A stretch of 57,646 nucleotides of DNA, counting the filler, from Trichosphaerium sp. ATCC 40318 (lineage: Eukaryota; Protista; Tubulinea): the NCBI GenBank assembly GCA_038496445.1. It is 3 parts of 3 records of this genome, joined end to end, with 100 filler letters (N's around TTAATTAATTAA, not from the genome) between each part and the next. Parts side by side here need not be neighbours in the genome. Positions count along the whole stretch, not along the records: positions 1 to 23,259 come from JALMLS010000555.1; 2 more parts are not named here. The stretch is one strand, 5' to 3'. The notes below the pieces were generated by a model. The model did no database searches. It was not told the DNA's origin and was given only the letters and a program-made list of their open reading frames with translations. The first letter of the stretch is position 1, and every line of letters begins with the position of its first letter. Of this stretch, positions 1 to 13,886 are shown piece by piece. The position numbers were made by a program, and so were the translations under genes.

Positions 1-405
1 GATGTTACATACTTTTCATACACTTTCACCCAAACACTTTTATCACTTTGTGCGCATAGAGCAACTGTCAATGCATTGCTTACGCGAAATAATAGTATCT
101 AAACTATTTTAGGTATGAAAAAAAAAAAGTGGTGATATTCAAACTGCCACAAAAGTGTACAGCCACCTTATGTGCATGCACACAGTGAGTAGGTCAATGG
201 ATGGAGGGTTCTGAGATTTTGTGACAGGGACCGTTTGGACCGATAAAAATCCAAGGGAGTACCCTTTGACAAAAATTCCTTTTTCGGCTATTTTTCCGAT
301 TTTCCAAGGGTACTCCCTTTGCCAGCGGACCGTTTGGACCGTTTACGGACCGGTCTTTGCGTTTCGGTCCGGAACCGGTTCGGACCGGTATTTCTGCCAT
401 CTCTA
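1..405 (-). mobile_element. One end of a probable hAT-family DNA transposon (other end outside the window)
   Basis: Minus strand reads TAGAGATGGCA from 405, resembling hAT termini (TAGRGATG). It is followed by a GC-rich block (228-388) of repeated GGACCG/CGGTCC and CCGTTT (=AAACGG, the Ac subterminal motif) in both orientations. No partner TIR or TSD visible. Confidence 0.55.
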
Positions 406-1152
406 GGTTCTGCCATAGATCACGTGTTTAAAGGTCGTTTTTGTCGTAGACTTTACCAGACGAGGAACCAAAAAAAAGCCTCAGGAACTGTAAAAAAAAT
501 GTAAGGAGAGTTTAAACTTCTTCAAAAAAGCTCAAAAACTCTCGGAAACTCATCTTGCACATGAGGGCTCCTGTGGTAGCTAGAACAGCATTTGACACCG
601 ACGTGAGTGCTAGCGCAGGTAAACCTCTATGCAAATCTCAGTTCTTCGAAAGATCAGCCAGAGTATTCGCACTGGTCCAGTAGTTGTGAACAGAAATAGA
701 AAAACAGTATTGACTTGAATGACAGACAATGTTACACTTACAAAGTGATAAACATACTAGTTCTATTCATTCGTATCATAGCAATAGCCTTTCACCAAAC
801 CTTGTCCCAACACTACTATTTGCTGACTTTCAAGAAGCACCAATTACAGAGGTTTTGGTGACTACCTGCCCTATTAAGGTTAGGTAATCTAAAGCAACCG
901 TCGCTACAAGAATATTCCGCTGTGCTCAGGTGCCTTAAACATCACGTGTTTGTTTTAATTTTGATTTTGTGTTGTGGCTATAAATAGACACTCGAGCCTC
1001 TATATCGCTTTATTTAGATTATAGTTGCTCCCATCAAACACCTTTATGCCTAGTGAGAGCGAACACAAGTCAATGTTGTTCTGTAATTTAGCTAAACTAG
1101 TTGTGACACAACACAAAAACCTTTTCATAGATTTCTCATCTCTGACTTCGAA

Positions 1153-2539
1153 ATGGCAACATCTTGTTGTTTTTTATTTTCTCTATGCATCGCTATCACC
1201 ATTGCTTCTATTCCAGCAACTTTCGACAGCTACGTTGTCGATTTTGTAAATACTGTTGATGAAACTACTGGTATTCGTTTTTTAAGCAGGTCTGACCCAT
1301 CACAAGTAATTGGCGGTAAGTTAGATCAAACCAATCTGAACTACCTCAATAAGCAGGTTTTTTCTGATTTGTTAGTGCCTAACGCTAATAATTTCACTAG
1401 AGTGCGTAAATGTAACCACAAGACCAGGCGATGATTCAGTAGGTATTGCTGTTCTACAAGATGAACGAATCGTACTTTCACGTGGGCCAAAAACTCATAT
1501 TGGGGAAGATGGAGATCTAACATTTGTTTATGACAGAAATTGTAACAAGGTAAGAGGTTTGCGCTATTTTTACCAAACTGCCTGCAAGGTCAAAGGTCTA
1601 CATTTCATCACAATTCTCAGTACTTAATTGTTGTTATTTCTTACACAGAATGTAGTTGAAAGAGTGTAACGTTACTGCTTATTCTTCTTTGACAGTTGAT
1701 CCAATTTCAGGAAAGTTATACATGTGGGGAGCAATTTCTTCGTCATCCTATTTGATCAAAGGACTTGCCGAATTGGATGTAGATACTTGTACTGTGACAA
1801 AGAGATGTCCAGAAATTCTAACAAGTATTCCCGATGTACAACATGGTAAGCGGTATAGTAACAATTCAAAAAACATATACTTACTAGTGTTGTTTAGCTG
1901 CTGTCATTGGCGATAAAATATATCAAACAAGTGACTCAAGTATGATGATAGAAGCGTCCATCCCTCAAGGTGTCAATATTACCAATGATTGTGAAACAAC
2001 AAGAACTGTATCTATGCCAATATTTTGTGAAAATCCAACAGGTGAGCGCTCACAAAACTATTTCGAATGGATTTTTCGGGTTTTTTTCTTGGTTCTAATT
2101 GATTAATTGTTCAGGTATGTCAACCTTGGATGTAGAGACTCTCATAGTTGTATGTGATAATGGATCAGTAGTGTTATTCAACATCACATCATTTGATTTT
2201 TCAGGCATTGTTTCTAACAGTGTCAGCGTTGGTTCTTTTGACATGGCCTTGTTTCCGAATCCTAGTATAGTTCCTACACCGAGTACTCAGCCTCCTACAA
2301 CTACCTCACCTACAACTGAGGCTCCCACCACTCTATCGCCAACATACTCTTCTATTAATAGTACCACTGTATCGCCAACGTCTTCTTCAAATACAACAGC
2401 TACTCCTACCACTGTAACACCAACTGATGCTTCAAACAGCACTATTGCTCCTTCTACTGTTGCACCTACTGGTCAACCAAGTACTGCTTCACGTGTTCTA
2501 TTTGCAAGTATTCTTGTTATGGTAGTTTTACTCCAATAA
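1153..2539 (+). CDS. Multi-exon secreted surface protein with Ser/Thr/Pro-rich stalk and probable GPI-anchor signal
   Basis: Hydrophobic N-terminus (MATSCCFLFSLCIAITIA), exons joined by short GT-AG introns, PTT-rich mucin-like stretch, hydrophobic C-terminus (ASRVLFASILVMVVLLQ*). Confidence 0.75.
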
Positions 2540-2599
2540 ACAGTTTGTATTACAAGTGTACCCAATTAGTACCTTACCATTACTTAGTAACCGCTTGAT

Positions 2600-3123
2600 A
2601 TTCTATTGCAGGCTATTGCGGATTTTTATGTAAAAGGTGAACTTGACAGGGAGTATATATCATCCAATAGCAGAACAAAGGTACTATGTCAATTGTAAAC
2701 CACGTGGTGAGTTCGAGATGTATGACTGTGGTCAATTGGCATTACACCGTTTCTATGTGCATGGGTGTATAAAACTTGGAATAGAAAACGCTCCTTGGAA
2801 AAGAGGTAACTACATTAATGACAAAATGGAAGGGAATGCAAGTATTGGAACAGAAATGGTATTTACAATATTCCGCCAATGGTAAAAAAGAAGGGAATAC
2901 AAGAAATGGCATGATAATGGTCAGTTACATGAGCACTGCCATTACGTCAGGTAAAAGAGGAAGAAATGGTAAATTACAAGTACGATGCAATTATGTCCAT
3001 GGTAAACTAGAAGGAGATAAAAAGATAAGACATCTGGTGGCAAAACAAATCAATACTAAATTGCAAGAGTATTACAAAACAACAAGGTTGGAACTGCACT
3101 TTTTCTTTGACGTATTTGACTAA
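2600..3123 (+). pseudogene. Degenerate MORN-variant (YwqK-like) repeat gene
   Basis: Fragments such as YVNCKPRGEFEMY..GQL, YINDKMEG and NGKLQVRCNYVHGKLEG are split over different frames with stops. Confidence 0.6.
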
Positions 3124-3405
3124 ACACGTGATATCCTTTGTTAAACCCACAATACAGTGGCATCATCAAGTCGTGCTCTTGTTCAGAATTAGTTTCTTAG
3201 CGTTCTCTTCGAGCTTTTCCTAAGTTACCTTACTTCAGACGGTGATTTTTGTTCCCTCTCAATTGTAACAACTGTTATGCAAATAATCACAGCATAAGAT
3301 TCCGGGAAACGTAAAAAACCAATCACGTTTCACAATAAAAATCTCCTTTTATTTTAAGCACACACGTGTAATAAATCTCCCAAAAAACGACCTCCACAAC
3401 CACCT

Positions 3406-5146
3406 ATGAAGGTTTTCTATGTTTCGTTAGTATTATGCTCTCTCTTATACTTGGCAAGTTCTCAGGAGATAGATTTGTTTACTGCTTTCAGCTCCATATC
3501 TGTTGATGGACCCGACATTGTTACAACTGCTGAACAGAGAACAACAGACGCTGCATCAATCATAGGTGGTACTAGGATCCTTCGAGCTACACGTACTAGC
3601 TCAGCAGCAGATGTTCTAGGCCTTCACTGTGCCGTTGCTACCAGTTTTATTTCATACAGTGCAGATGTCTCCGTTTCAGGTGAATGTAGAGCCATATACG
3701 CTGGTGAAGATGGTAACGGTTTCACTCCTACGAACTTCATACAGAACGGTTGTGGTAAGCATCTTTGCATCTTCGTTCTTAGTCCCTATCAAAAAACTTT
3801 AACGGATTTTTTACCGTTTTTCTCACAATTCCTTTGACTGAATGTCATGTATTCAGAATAGCTTTTCTTTGTCCTATTTTTTTATCACGTGATAAAAAAC
3901 TTACTGTCTTTTTTTCATAAGATTGTTGGAATCTACATATCTTAGAAACAGATAATGATGTCGTACTTGAGTTCATTGCGCGTAGTACTCTTCAATCCGA
4001 ACTTTTGGTGTCCAGACTACCAATAGAAACGGATATTCTTGACGCAGACGTTTGTTTTCCTTACGGTGGTAATCGCGCTGCGTACGCTTCTGTAGACCGT
4101 ATAGAGATTGGTATTATTGGTAATGCTCCTAATGTTGATGCTAACATCGGATACTCATGCTGTCAACCAAGTCTATCGTGCTGGTACGTTTGTTTGAGAG
4201 CATCATTTCATTTTTTCTTAAAGCGTTCAGAATCTCTTATAACGTCTACTCCTTAGGCACACTATCACAAATTTGAACGGTGATAGGGTAGAAAGCGCAC
4301 TTGTTGGAGATGCAATAAAATTGGGTATCACGTGCGAGAACTACGCTTCGATACCAGAAACGCTTGAAGAGTTTGAAGTCTTTTTCAGTTTCCCTCAGAC
4401 TATTGGTCGTATGGACAACACAACTATCAACTGTACAACAGAAGTACGCTAAATACACTCAGTCAAAATGAAATTTTCATATCTGACACTGTTGCTAAGG
4501 CAATAAATCCAACAGTTTCCGGGAATGAACTCAGATTCAATGCAAGCCTGATAGAGGAAGAATTTGTAAATTGCGTGGTCGAGGTTGATTTGTTTGCTGT
4601 TGGTACTGCTAATGATGTTGCCGCTGATATTAAGCTATCGCTTTCACCTGATATTACGTTCAAATCAAACGCTAATGTGAACAGGTGAGCGAAACATACA
4701 AGAGCACAATTTTTCTTTTTTTGATGTTGTTTTTTTGTCTTGTTCTTTTCTGTTTTGTTGACTTTCTTCTCAGGCAGGGAACAGCTGAGTTTTGTGAACC
4801 TCCAGTAATATCTACTGTAACTATAGGCAATCTACCAACCACTCTTACACCGACAACTAAATCACCAACAGAAGAGCCAAGTGGATTAATATGTATTTCA
4901 CCACGTATCATTGATGGCATGTGCCAGTACGACGTCGTTTTTCAAACATCTCAACGCCCAACTCTTTTACCTCTCCCTTCTAATGTATTTTAAAGGTGTC
5001 AGACATTCCCTTGTTTCAGGACATCAGATGGCAGTGATATACATTGTGAAACAGATGAGTGGTATTGTTATTTTATAACAATGGCTCCACCTTCAGGATC
5101 CTTTAGAGTGACTTACAGGGGACACGAATGCTTTTGCACTGTGTAA
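3406..5146 (+). CDS. Multi-exon secreted protein of unknown function with PT-rich linker and Cys-rich C-terminus
   Basis: Signal peptide MKVFYVSLVLCSLLYLASSQ; several GT-AG introns; last exon ends ...GHECFCTV* at 5146. Confidence 0.7.
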
Positions 5147-5375
5147 ATATAACCGAAATTCTGTAGCGAAAATAATCAATGAAGCAAGGAATAAAAAAAA
5201 AGTTTTGTTCTCATGCTTTCGCACTCAGCATGCCTTCAAGGTTATATCGAAGACTCTTTGCCTTACACAAGTTACTAAAAAAGATATTGCTTTATTTTGC
5301 ACCACAATAAGAGTGTTGTAAGTTTAGAACAATTTGATCAAGGAGTGAATATCAAAATATTGCCGAAATTTTGTG

Positions 5376-7228
5376 TTAAAGAGTGTTGTTGTTCTTTGCT
5401 TTGATGATTTTAATACGTTCCCTCAAGCTGAATCCAAGATCTATCAGCACATCTTTATCAATTTCATCAATTGTTGCGCCTGCATCGTTCATCAATGATC
5501 CAAGTTCTTGAGCTCTTTGATTTGCGATACCCAACTTCATCAATATTGACTTCCAATCAGTTTCAACATTTAGAACCGATTGATTCTCGTGTGGTACACC
5601 GAAATGTGACTAAACAAACGCCATTAATAACAATTGTGTTACAACAAGAAGAAAGAAGCAAAGTGGTAGAGATATGTACCTTGTTCTTGGTGTCAACAGA
5701 AACATTTGGTTTATTGAGCCACGATTGTTGATTTAAAGCGTTTAGATTATCCGATGAAGAAGAGCTGCTTCTGGAGTCATCTTCATCAAGTGTTGTACTG
5801 TCTAGTGATGAAAAGTTGTTGGCAATGTCATGCTGTGGGTTATCATCTGATTCGTCATTCTAGAATAATGATCAGTTGTCACGTGCATTGTTAGTTGTAA
5901 AGACATACTTTAAAATTTTCTTCTTGCTTTTGTATTTCAAGGGCTTCAAGGGCATCTTGAATGATATCAAGGTGATCAGGAGCATCTCCAAACTTGGTGT
6001 AATCACGATTGGGATCAACCACAGCTTTTGATAAGTACTTATCTTTTCGGTCTTCTTTTAACTCTGCATTTATTGCTTTCACAGCATCATTGTTTTTATC
6101 TTTTGCGATTACTTTATTGGCTGGTTTAAAGTGCTTGTAGATTGTCAGACAGAAAGAAAGACAAATAAGATTTCAAAGTACCTTTCGATAATTGGTGAAT
6201 GTTAACTTTTGTCGTGTTGATTCACCATAATTATTATATCCACCTGTGACCAACTGAAAGTCATGAGATATTGCCAAATAATGAAATCGTTTATTGGCAA
6301 ACTCAAGATATTTTCCAGGTAATTTTAATGGTTTGTTTGATGAGAACCAATCAATCCATTTCCCATTACCCCAACCAAACAAACAACCTTCATCATCAAT
6401 CACAAATGATGTACAGTCACCAGCATGTACAGATTTGATGTTATTGAGTCCTTTGATGATACCCTGGCCATACTCGTCATCAATACCCAACCCAAGACAC
6501 CCACGCAAGCTGTATCCAAAAGAAAATACTTGTCCTGACTTGAGGAGAACAAGTACATGATGTTCGCCAATGGCAATATCAGTGGCATCATCAATACTTG
6601 GAACACGTGAAATTGTCTTTGGATTCAAGAATAATGGTTTATCTAGCGCTTCATGTTTTGTTGTTCCCCAAAGAAAGACATGACCTGTTGATGTCATTGC
6701 TCCACTTACATAACAATTATTTTGAATTTTTTGAACATTTTGAAGATTTGGAATAACCGCTGGTGATGAAACTTTTGAATTGTCGAATGAATGACCCAAT
6801 CCTTGATATTCGTTGTATCCCCAAGAGTAGACATGACCTGATTTTGATAACGCCATACTCACACGATAGGCAGAGACTTTCGTGATATTGTTGAGATTTG
6901 GAACACGTGTTGGTGACGAAACAGGTGACGCAAAGTGACCCAGACCCAATGACCCGTTTGAATTACGGCCCCATGAATACACAATACCGTTTGAATCAAC
7001 GGCAAGGCTATGATTCCGTCCAGCAGCAATACAGACGATATTTATGACTGATTTTATTGGTCTTGCGATAGAACTCTTTCTTTCGTCTGTGTTACCCAAT
7101 TGGCGCTCATCGTTTTGTCCCCACGTGTAAACAAAGCCATCGTCTGCGATTACCATTGAATGGTCGCAACCAGTGGCCAAACGATTAACATATTGTAAAT
7201 TAACCGACGAAGTGCGAGGTTCTGCCAT
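5376..7228 (-). CDS. RCC1/BLIP-II repeat beta-propeller + linker + C-terminal SAM-like domain, copy 1 (4 exons)
   Basis: RCC1 motifs (GxxHS, VYxWGxNxxGxLG). The ORF's VL* end is an intron donor (AAG|gtactt). Spliced exons read HFKPANK..., NDESDDNPQ..., and WKSILMKLGI...IDKDVLIDLGFSLRERIKIIKA (SAM-like), stop at 5376. Confidence 0.85.
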
Positions 7229-7320
7229 GCTTGTATTGCGTTGAAATACATCAATTCAAAGCAAGTCCATTTTGATAGCCAAACAGAGAACTAGTGGTTC
7301 AATTAAAGGCTCAGCTCTAA

Positions 7321-10300
7321 ATGACTGTAGACGGCTTATTAGCTCTAAAATTGTTTCACAAAAAAATAAAGTTTGGCTTGTTCAGCTGCACCACTTGCAT
7401 GTCTGAAGTTCTACATATTCTAAAGAGGTTCACACATAGTTTATGCACTAATACAGCGGTCAAAAACCACCATTAAGATGTTTAGACGGTATAAAATGGA
7501 CCAAAAAAAAGTCAGGGCTTTTTTTTTTTCTCGCATTCTTTATGACGTTTTTTTACTCTTACTCTAACAGACAGCTTATTCTGGAATACTTGACACAACT
7601 CTAAAACAAGAATATGAAACACCTACGCAATGCGCGCATTGTCGTTTAGGTCTGAACGAAAAGCGTTCGTTAGACATGTAATCAAGGTTTTTTTTTATGG
7701 TGATACGTGTTTTAACGTACTACAGGTAGAGAAGCGGCTAAGTATAACAAAACACAACGATTGGTATAGCGTTTCATGGCAAGATATCGTAAAACTAGGC
7801 GGGGGGGCTTTAAATAGGTAAATTAGATCGTTTTACGAGTGTTATTCAACGTTTATTGTAAAATATTACAAATGGCACTTACATTATGCATAGCACGTAC
7901 GAAGGATGTTTGCGTACGCTATTAACCGATGTATACCCAAATGTTAAATGGAACAAGTGGCTTTTCAGTACGTTTGATTAAATACGCCTGTATACAGCTC
8001 CGTAGACTATTTAATGATTAACCAACGCTTAAAACGATGCGTTAGTTAAAAAAGCATAGCAGCTAACAATTTACGTTAGACGCTGTGCCATTGGACTTTT
8101 GGGAATCACAGGATAATAAAATAGCGTTTATGAATCATGTACGACACTTACACATGCTATAAAAACCCAAAACTTTTGTGTCATTCCAGAAAATTTTTCG
8201 GTTCAAAACGGACTTTTAGGTTAACTCGTCACGTGTTGTTTACTGACATGAATGTTTTATAGGTTGCTGAAACGCTAGAATACTGTTCAATGGACAGATT
8301 TTATGAACTTTCAATAGAGAAAGTTAAAAAACTAGGTGGTACACAGCTGTTAAGGTGAGTCGTATATTACATAATAAGAAAATTTTAGGATACGCTTTTT
8401 ATCTGAAACTGTGACTTATAACTCAATTAGACAGTACAGATTCTACCTTGTATCATGTATGGAGGATATATTTCGCTCTTATAAATGGTTTCCATGGCGT
8501 TTTGGTACTACTGTTGTTAGTGAGATACTTCAAGAGTTCTAATATATTTTTTTGTTGTAGTTCATCATAGCGTTCCTAAGAGTTATTGGTTAGACCTTGA
8601 TAATGTCCTGGATTGTTTTATTGAGGTACACACATTCAAGCCTTCTTAATTGTTTAGCCAATCTTCAGTGTTATGAGAAGTTTGTGGGATGAGTAAAGCG
8701 AACATCCCTTTATGAAGAAAAAACCAACCTTGAAACTTTGTCATTTTTACGTTTTTGCTTGACTATACTGACTTGTTGTAGGTTGAGCGTCTGCTTGATA
8801 TAAGAAACGTAAGGGATTGGTATAACTGTAATAATTTTGATATAACAAAATTGGGTTGTGCAAGTGTTATAACGTGCGCAAATAGTTCCAAGTTTTTTTT
8901 TACTGGTTACTCTTGTCGGTTTCATCTATTTTTATATGTACTTATTAATATTTCTTAGCCAGTTTGGTTCTTCTTTACACTTGATTGTGAAGTATATGTA
9001 CCCAGATCACGAATGGGTTCCTTGGAAGTTCAGTAAGGACCTATTTTATTTTTTCTTCAAAAAAAAAACTGTTCTTCATAACGTCTCATTAAAACTCCTT
9101 TTAGAGCAAGTGCCAAGAAATTTTTGGAATGATATTAACCACCACCGCGCTTTCTTACATTCAGTAAGTCAATCACGTGTTACACATTTTGTTTGAAGCC
9201 AAAAGAAACGAGAAATTCCTCTTTCATTAAATGACATAAAATCGCTTTATCTACCCACGTGTTTTGAGTTCTAATACTTTATCAGGCTGCTGAATATCTT
9301 AATGTGAAATATCTAGATGATTGGTATGATATTACTGTAAATGATATGAGACGTGCTGGGGGTTGTATTGTAGGGTACAGTTAAAATTAGTTAAATTTTT
9401 TTTGGGTTTTTTTTTCCGTTTTTGCAAGTATTTTTGTGTTATGTCTCACAATGATATTCCAGGGCAGCTAACCGGAAGCTACCACATATTTTACAATCCT
9501 TGTATCCTGATTATAAATGGAACTTGTCTAGGTTTAGGATTAGAACTCATGGTATGATCAAAAAAAACTAAAACAATCAAAAAAAACCACTTCTTGATTC
9601 CCAAAAGTTTACCTATCCCGAAACAAAGCCAACATCTCTTTGAAAACGAATTAACACCGTTGGCTTGTGTAGGGATTTTTTACTGTCCTTTTCGGTTGCA
9701 AGTTACTTTTATCAAAACTACAGCTTGTCCTTTACGACAATGTTGTTTTTTCTTTTCTTTTGTTCGTTTTGAACGAATTTTCTTGACTCTATGACAAGTT
9801 CAAAAAAAGCTTGTCACGTGTGCATTCTTTGTTTCTGATATTTTAAGCATGTGCTTTCTAGACTGACTTCTTTCCTTCAAAGATACACCGAGGAATTACT
9901 GGAGGGATACAGCCAATGTAAAAAAGTTTTTAGAAAGTATTGCTGAGTCTCTAGAAGTGACGTCTCCAGCAGATTGGTATAGGGTTTCTCATACCAATTT
10001 GAAGAAATATGGAGGTTCTGGGCTAATAGCATACTGGCCGCAGATTTTACATAAAGTATATCCATTACACACTTGGAAAGATGTTGAGTTTTCTACACGA
10101 GACAGAAGAACAACACAAGGGTATTTTTTTGAAAATTTAAATTATATCCAAATCCGCTTGCACTTGGCCTATTGGACTTAATTTATTATGAACTAAAGCC
10201 TGTGTGCTATATTTTTTTAGAAGTTTAGAGGAGCTCGCTCTTTATTGTGAGGGAGACGAGGCTTTTGAAGTTTTTGGTCTTTTTTTTTTGTTCGAAAAAA

Positions 10301-10990
10301 ACGCATATTTTTTCTTTCTTTTAATGGCTGTTACTTGCGTTGGTACTGACATTTTTTCAAAGGATAATGGCACAAACGCTTAAAAAGATATTTCCAAACA
10401 TGGATATCATAGAAGAATACTACCTTGGACTTCGCGGAGACGCTGATAGAGCAGTTACGTTGGATGTATTTGTACCAGATGTCAATATCGCTTTGGAGTA
10501 CATGGGCGAACAGCACTATATCGAATTTATTGGTGCGTACGGTCACGTACACCTACAAGAAGCTAGAGATGCTGAAAAAGTTCACAAGTGTAAAAAAATA
10601 GGTACATACCAAGCTTCAAGTTCGTTTCTTGTTTTTTTTTTTTTCACACTCTCAACTTCTTTAATTTCAACGCTGGTATTGACTTGAATGACTTTATTTT
10701 TCAGGAGTTTCACTTATTCCTATTCCATTTTGGTGGGATACAGGCGATGTAGATAGCTTAATTTCAACAATTTTGTATTATAGGTAACAAACACGCTTTT
10801 CTTATTATTTTCGTTTTCTTTTCAGTTTTTTTTTTCTTGTGCTTTTCAAAAACCGGTTATTTCTTCCCTTTCTCTTTCTGCTTACAGGATTTTTTCTAGA
10901 CCAGATATTAAGCTACCAAAACCTGATGTTAGTCCGTTATTAGAAATACCGGAAAAATCAAAGAAGGAGATTTTTGGAAGTACGTTGTAG
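7321..10990 (+). CDS. Intron-rich protein with tandem DWYxV..GG..YP..W.PWKF..VP..FW repeats and a C-terminal PD-(D/E)XK (Vsr/DUF559-like) nuclease-like domain; 5' end uncertain
   Basis: Exons encode NDWYSVSWQDIVKLGGG, YPDHEWVPWKF, VPRNFWND, ADWYRVSHTNLKKYGGSGL, then LDVFVPDVNIALEYMGEQHY...RDAEK..CKK..LIPIPFWWD. Confidence 0.7.
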
Positions 10991-11857
10991 GAAGAGCAAA
11001 CCGACTTTCGTCAACTATCCAGTTTGCTTTTTTTTTTCTTTGACATGACATTTGTTGGGGATTCACTGCTCACTTCTCTGTTTAGTTGTAGCAATATCAA
11101 AGCTCATGAGTGCTAATTCATTTGCCTCTTTTGAAGACAGTGTACATATGTGATAAAAAGTATCAGCTTGATTTGATTGTCAAGCATTTATTTGTAATGG
11201 CAAAGGTTAACTTGGATAATTGATAGTGCTTAGAACAGTGTTAGGAACTAGAGCTGTGCTTCATTTTCCTGTTACTCGCTCATTGCGCTCAATAGTTTGA
11301 TATTAGGCCTAGTGATAGAGTCCTATTAGCTTCTTAATAGCTAAGCCAATAAGACGAAAATAATAAACTCAATAAGGCTGTAATGAAAATCGTGTTTTTA
11401 GGAAGGAGTTTGGTAAACAAAGAACAAAACAGGATTTTTTACTGCAAAGGATTTTTAGTGTTTTTATGAGCTGGTAGCAGCTCGTACATACACCGAATAT
11501 TGTCTTTTGGAAATAGCTTATTGTATTTATTTGTATCATCACTGGGTGCAATAAAGCATTGTTCATGCCTCTGCCTAGCTGTGCACCTCCACGTGATCAC
11601 TTTAGAAAGAGTGTATATGCCTTTAACTGTTACTGTGGCCATGAACCAGTGCTCATGTAACAGCAAACAGACTGTTTGAAACATATGGTGGTTGGAAGCT
11701 ATCCAAGGGCAATAGCTTCTATAGGTGGAACCAAATAATAGTAAAACATTTTATGCTTCTAACTGAGTTTTATTTGTTCAACACTACAATTTTTGTTCAT
11801 TTATTTTTCCCTTCGTTCTATTCATGTTAAACGGTTTTTATCAAATGGTGCTGAGTT

Positions 11858-13886
11858 TTAAAGAGTGTTGTTGTTCTTTGCTTTGATGATTTTAATACGT
11901 TCCCTCAAACTGAATCCAAGATCTATCAGCACATCTTTATCAATTTCATCAATTGTTGCGCCTGCATCGTTCATCAATGATCCAAGTTCTTGAGCTCTTT
12001 GATTTGCGATACCCAACTTCATCAATATTGACTTCCAATCAGTTTCAACATTTAGAACTGATTGATTCTCATGTGGTACACCGAAATGTGACTAAACAAA
12101 CGCCATTAATAACAATTAAGTGTTACAACAAGAAGAAAGAAGCAAAGTCGTGGAAGTGTACCTTATTCTTTATGTCAACAGAAACATTTGGTTTATTGAG
12201 CCATGATTGTCGCCTTAGGTTGTCAGATGAAGAGGAGCTGCTTCTAAAATCGTCACCAGGTGCTGGACTCTGATAAGACGATTTCTTTGGTGATGAAGAG
12301 TTGTTGGCTATGTCATGCTGTGGCATACTATTTTCCTCTAATTCATAATACTAGGAACCAATTAGTTGTAACATTCATCTCGCATGTGCAGTATTTTATA
12401 AAGCAAATGGTACCTCATTGTTGGCTTCAACAGATACATTTGGTTTATTGCTCCAGGATTGTTGATTTAACACTTGGTTGTTTGATAATGTTTCATCAAC
12501 TATCAGACTATACTTGCGTTGGTTACAATCCTACAAATGTCAGTAAGTTGTTCACCTTATAGTGAGACGTACAGAGTTATTTTGTTGCTGTATGTTCAAG
12601 CCTTCAAGTGCATCTTGAATCATGTCAAGGTGTTCAGTAGTATCTCCAAATTTGGTGTAGTCATGACTGGGATCAATCACAGCTTTTGACAAGTACTTAT
12701 CTTTTCTGTCTTCTTTTAACTCTGCATTCATTGCTTTCACAGCATCATCGTTTTTATCTTTTATTGTTACTTTATTGGCTGGTTTAAAGTGCTTGTAGAT
12801 TGTCAGACAAAAAGAAAGACAAATAAGATTTCAAAGTACCTTTTCATAATTGGCGAATGTTAACTTTTGTGGTGTTGATTCACTATAATCATTATCTCCG
12901 CCTGTGACCAACTGAAAGTCATGAGATATTGCCAAGGAATGAAATTGTTTATTGGCAAACTCAAGATATTTTCCAGGAAATTTTAATGGTTTGTTTGATG
13001 AGAACGAATCAATCCATTCCCCATTACCCCAACCAAACAAACAACCTTCATCATCAATCGCAAATGATGTCCACACACCAGCATGTACAGATTTGATGTT
13101 ATTGAGTCCTTTGATGATACCCTGGCCATACTTGTCATCAATACCCAACCCAAGACGCCCATTCAAGTTGCCTCCAAAAGAAAATACTTGTCCTGACTTG
13201 AGGAGAACAAGTACATGATAGCCGCCAATGGCAATATCAGTGGCATCATCAATACTTGGAACACGTGAAATTGTCTTTGGATTCAAGAATAATGATTTAT
13301 CTTTTGCTTCATCTTCTGTTGTTCCCCAAAGAAAGACATGACCTGTTGATGTCATTGCTCCACTTACACACAAGTTAGTTTGAATTTTTTGAACATTTTG
13401 AAGATTTGGAATAACCGCTGGTGATGAAACTTTCTTCTTGTCGAATGAATGACCCAATCCTTGATTTATGTTGTTTCCCCAAGAGTAGACATGACCTGAT
13501 TTTGATAACGCCATACTTGCAAAATAGGCAGATACTTGCGTGATATTGTTGAGATTTGGAACACGTGTTGGTGACGAAACAGGTGACGCAAAGTGACCCA
13601 GACCCAATTCACCATCTGAATTACAGCCCCATGCATACACAATACCGTTTGAATCAACTGCAACGCTATGCCAGGCTCCAGCAGCAATACAAACGATATT
13701 TATGAATGATTTTATTGGTCTTGCGATAGAACTCCAGAATTCGTCTGTATTACCCAATTGACGCTTATTATTTAGTCCCCACGTGTAAACAAAGCCATCG
13801 TCTGCGATTACCATTGAATGTTCGTAACCAGTGGCCAAACGGTTAACATATTGTAAATTAACCGACGAAGTTTGAGGTTCTGCCAT
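11858..13886 (-). CDS. RCC1 repeat + SAM-like domain protein, copy 2 (one extra linker exon)
   Basis: Near-identical scaffold and SAM exon to copy 1. Start at MAEPQ (13886) by homology. Extra exon repeats the QQSWxNKPNVSV module. Confidence 0.85.

Noticed and set aside
366-406. Helitron 3' end (hairpin followed by CTAG)
   Set aside because: CTAG is followed by G rather than T, and the TAGAGATGGCA terminus with AAACGG/CGGTCC subterminal repeats fits hAT better.
5471-5731. Conserved plus-strand ORF MLRLHRSSMIQ (also 11953-12273)
   Set aside because: Antisense shadow of the duplicated SAM exon.
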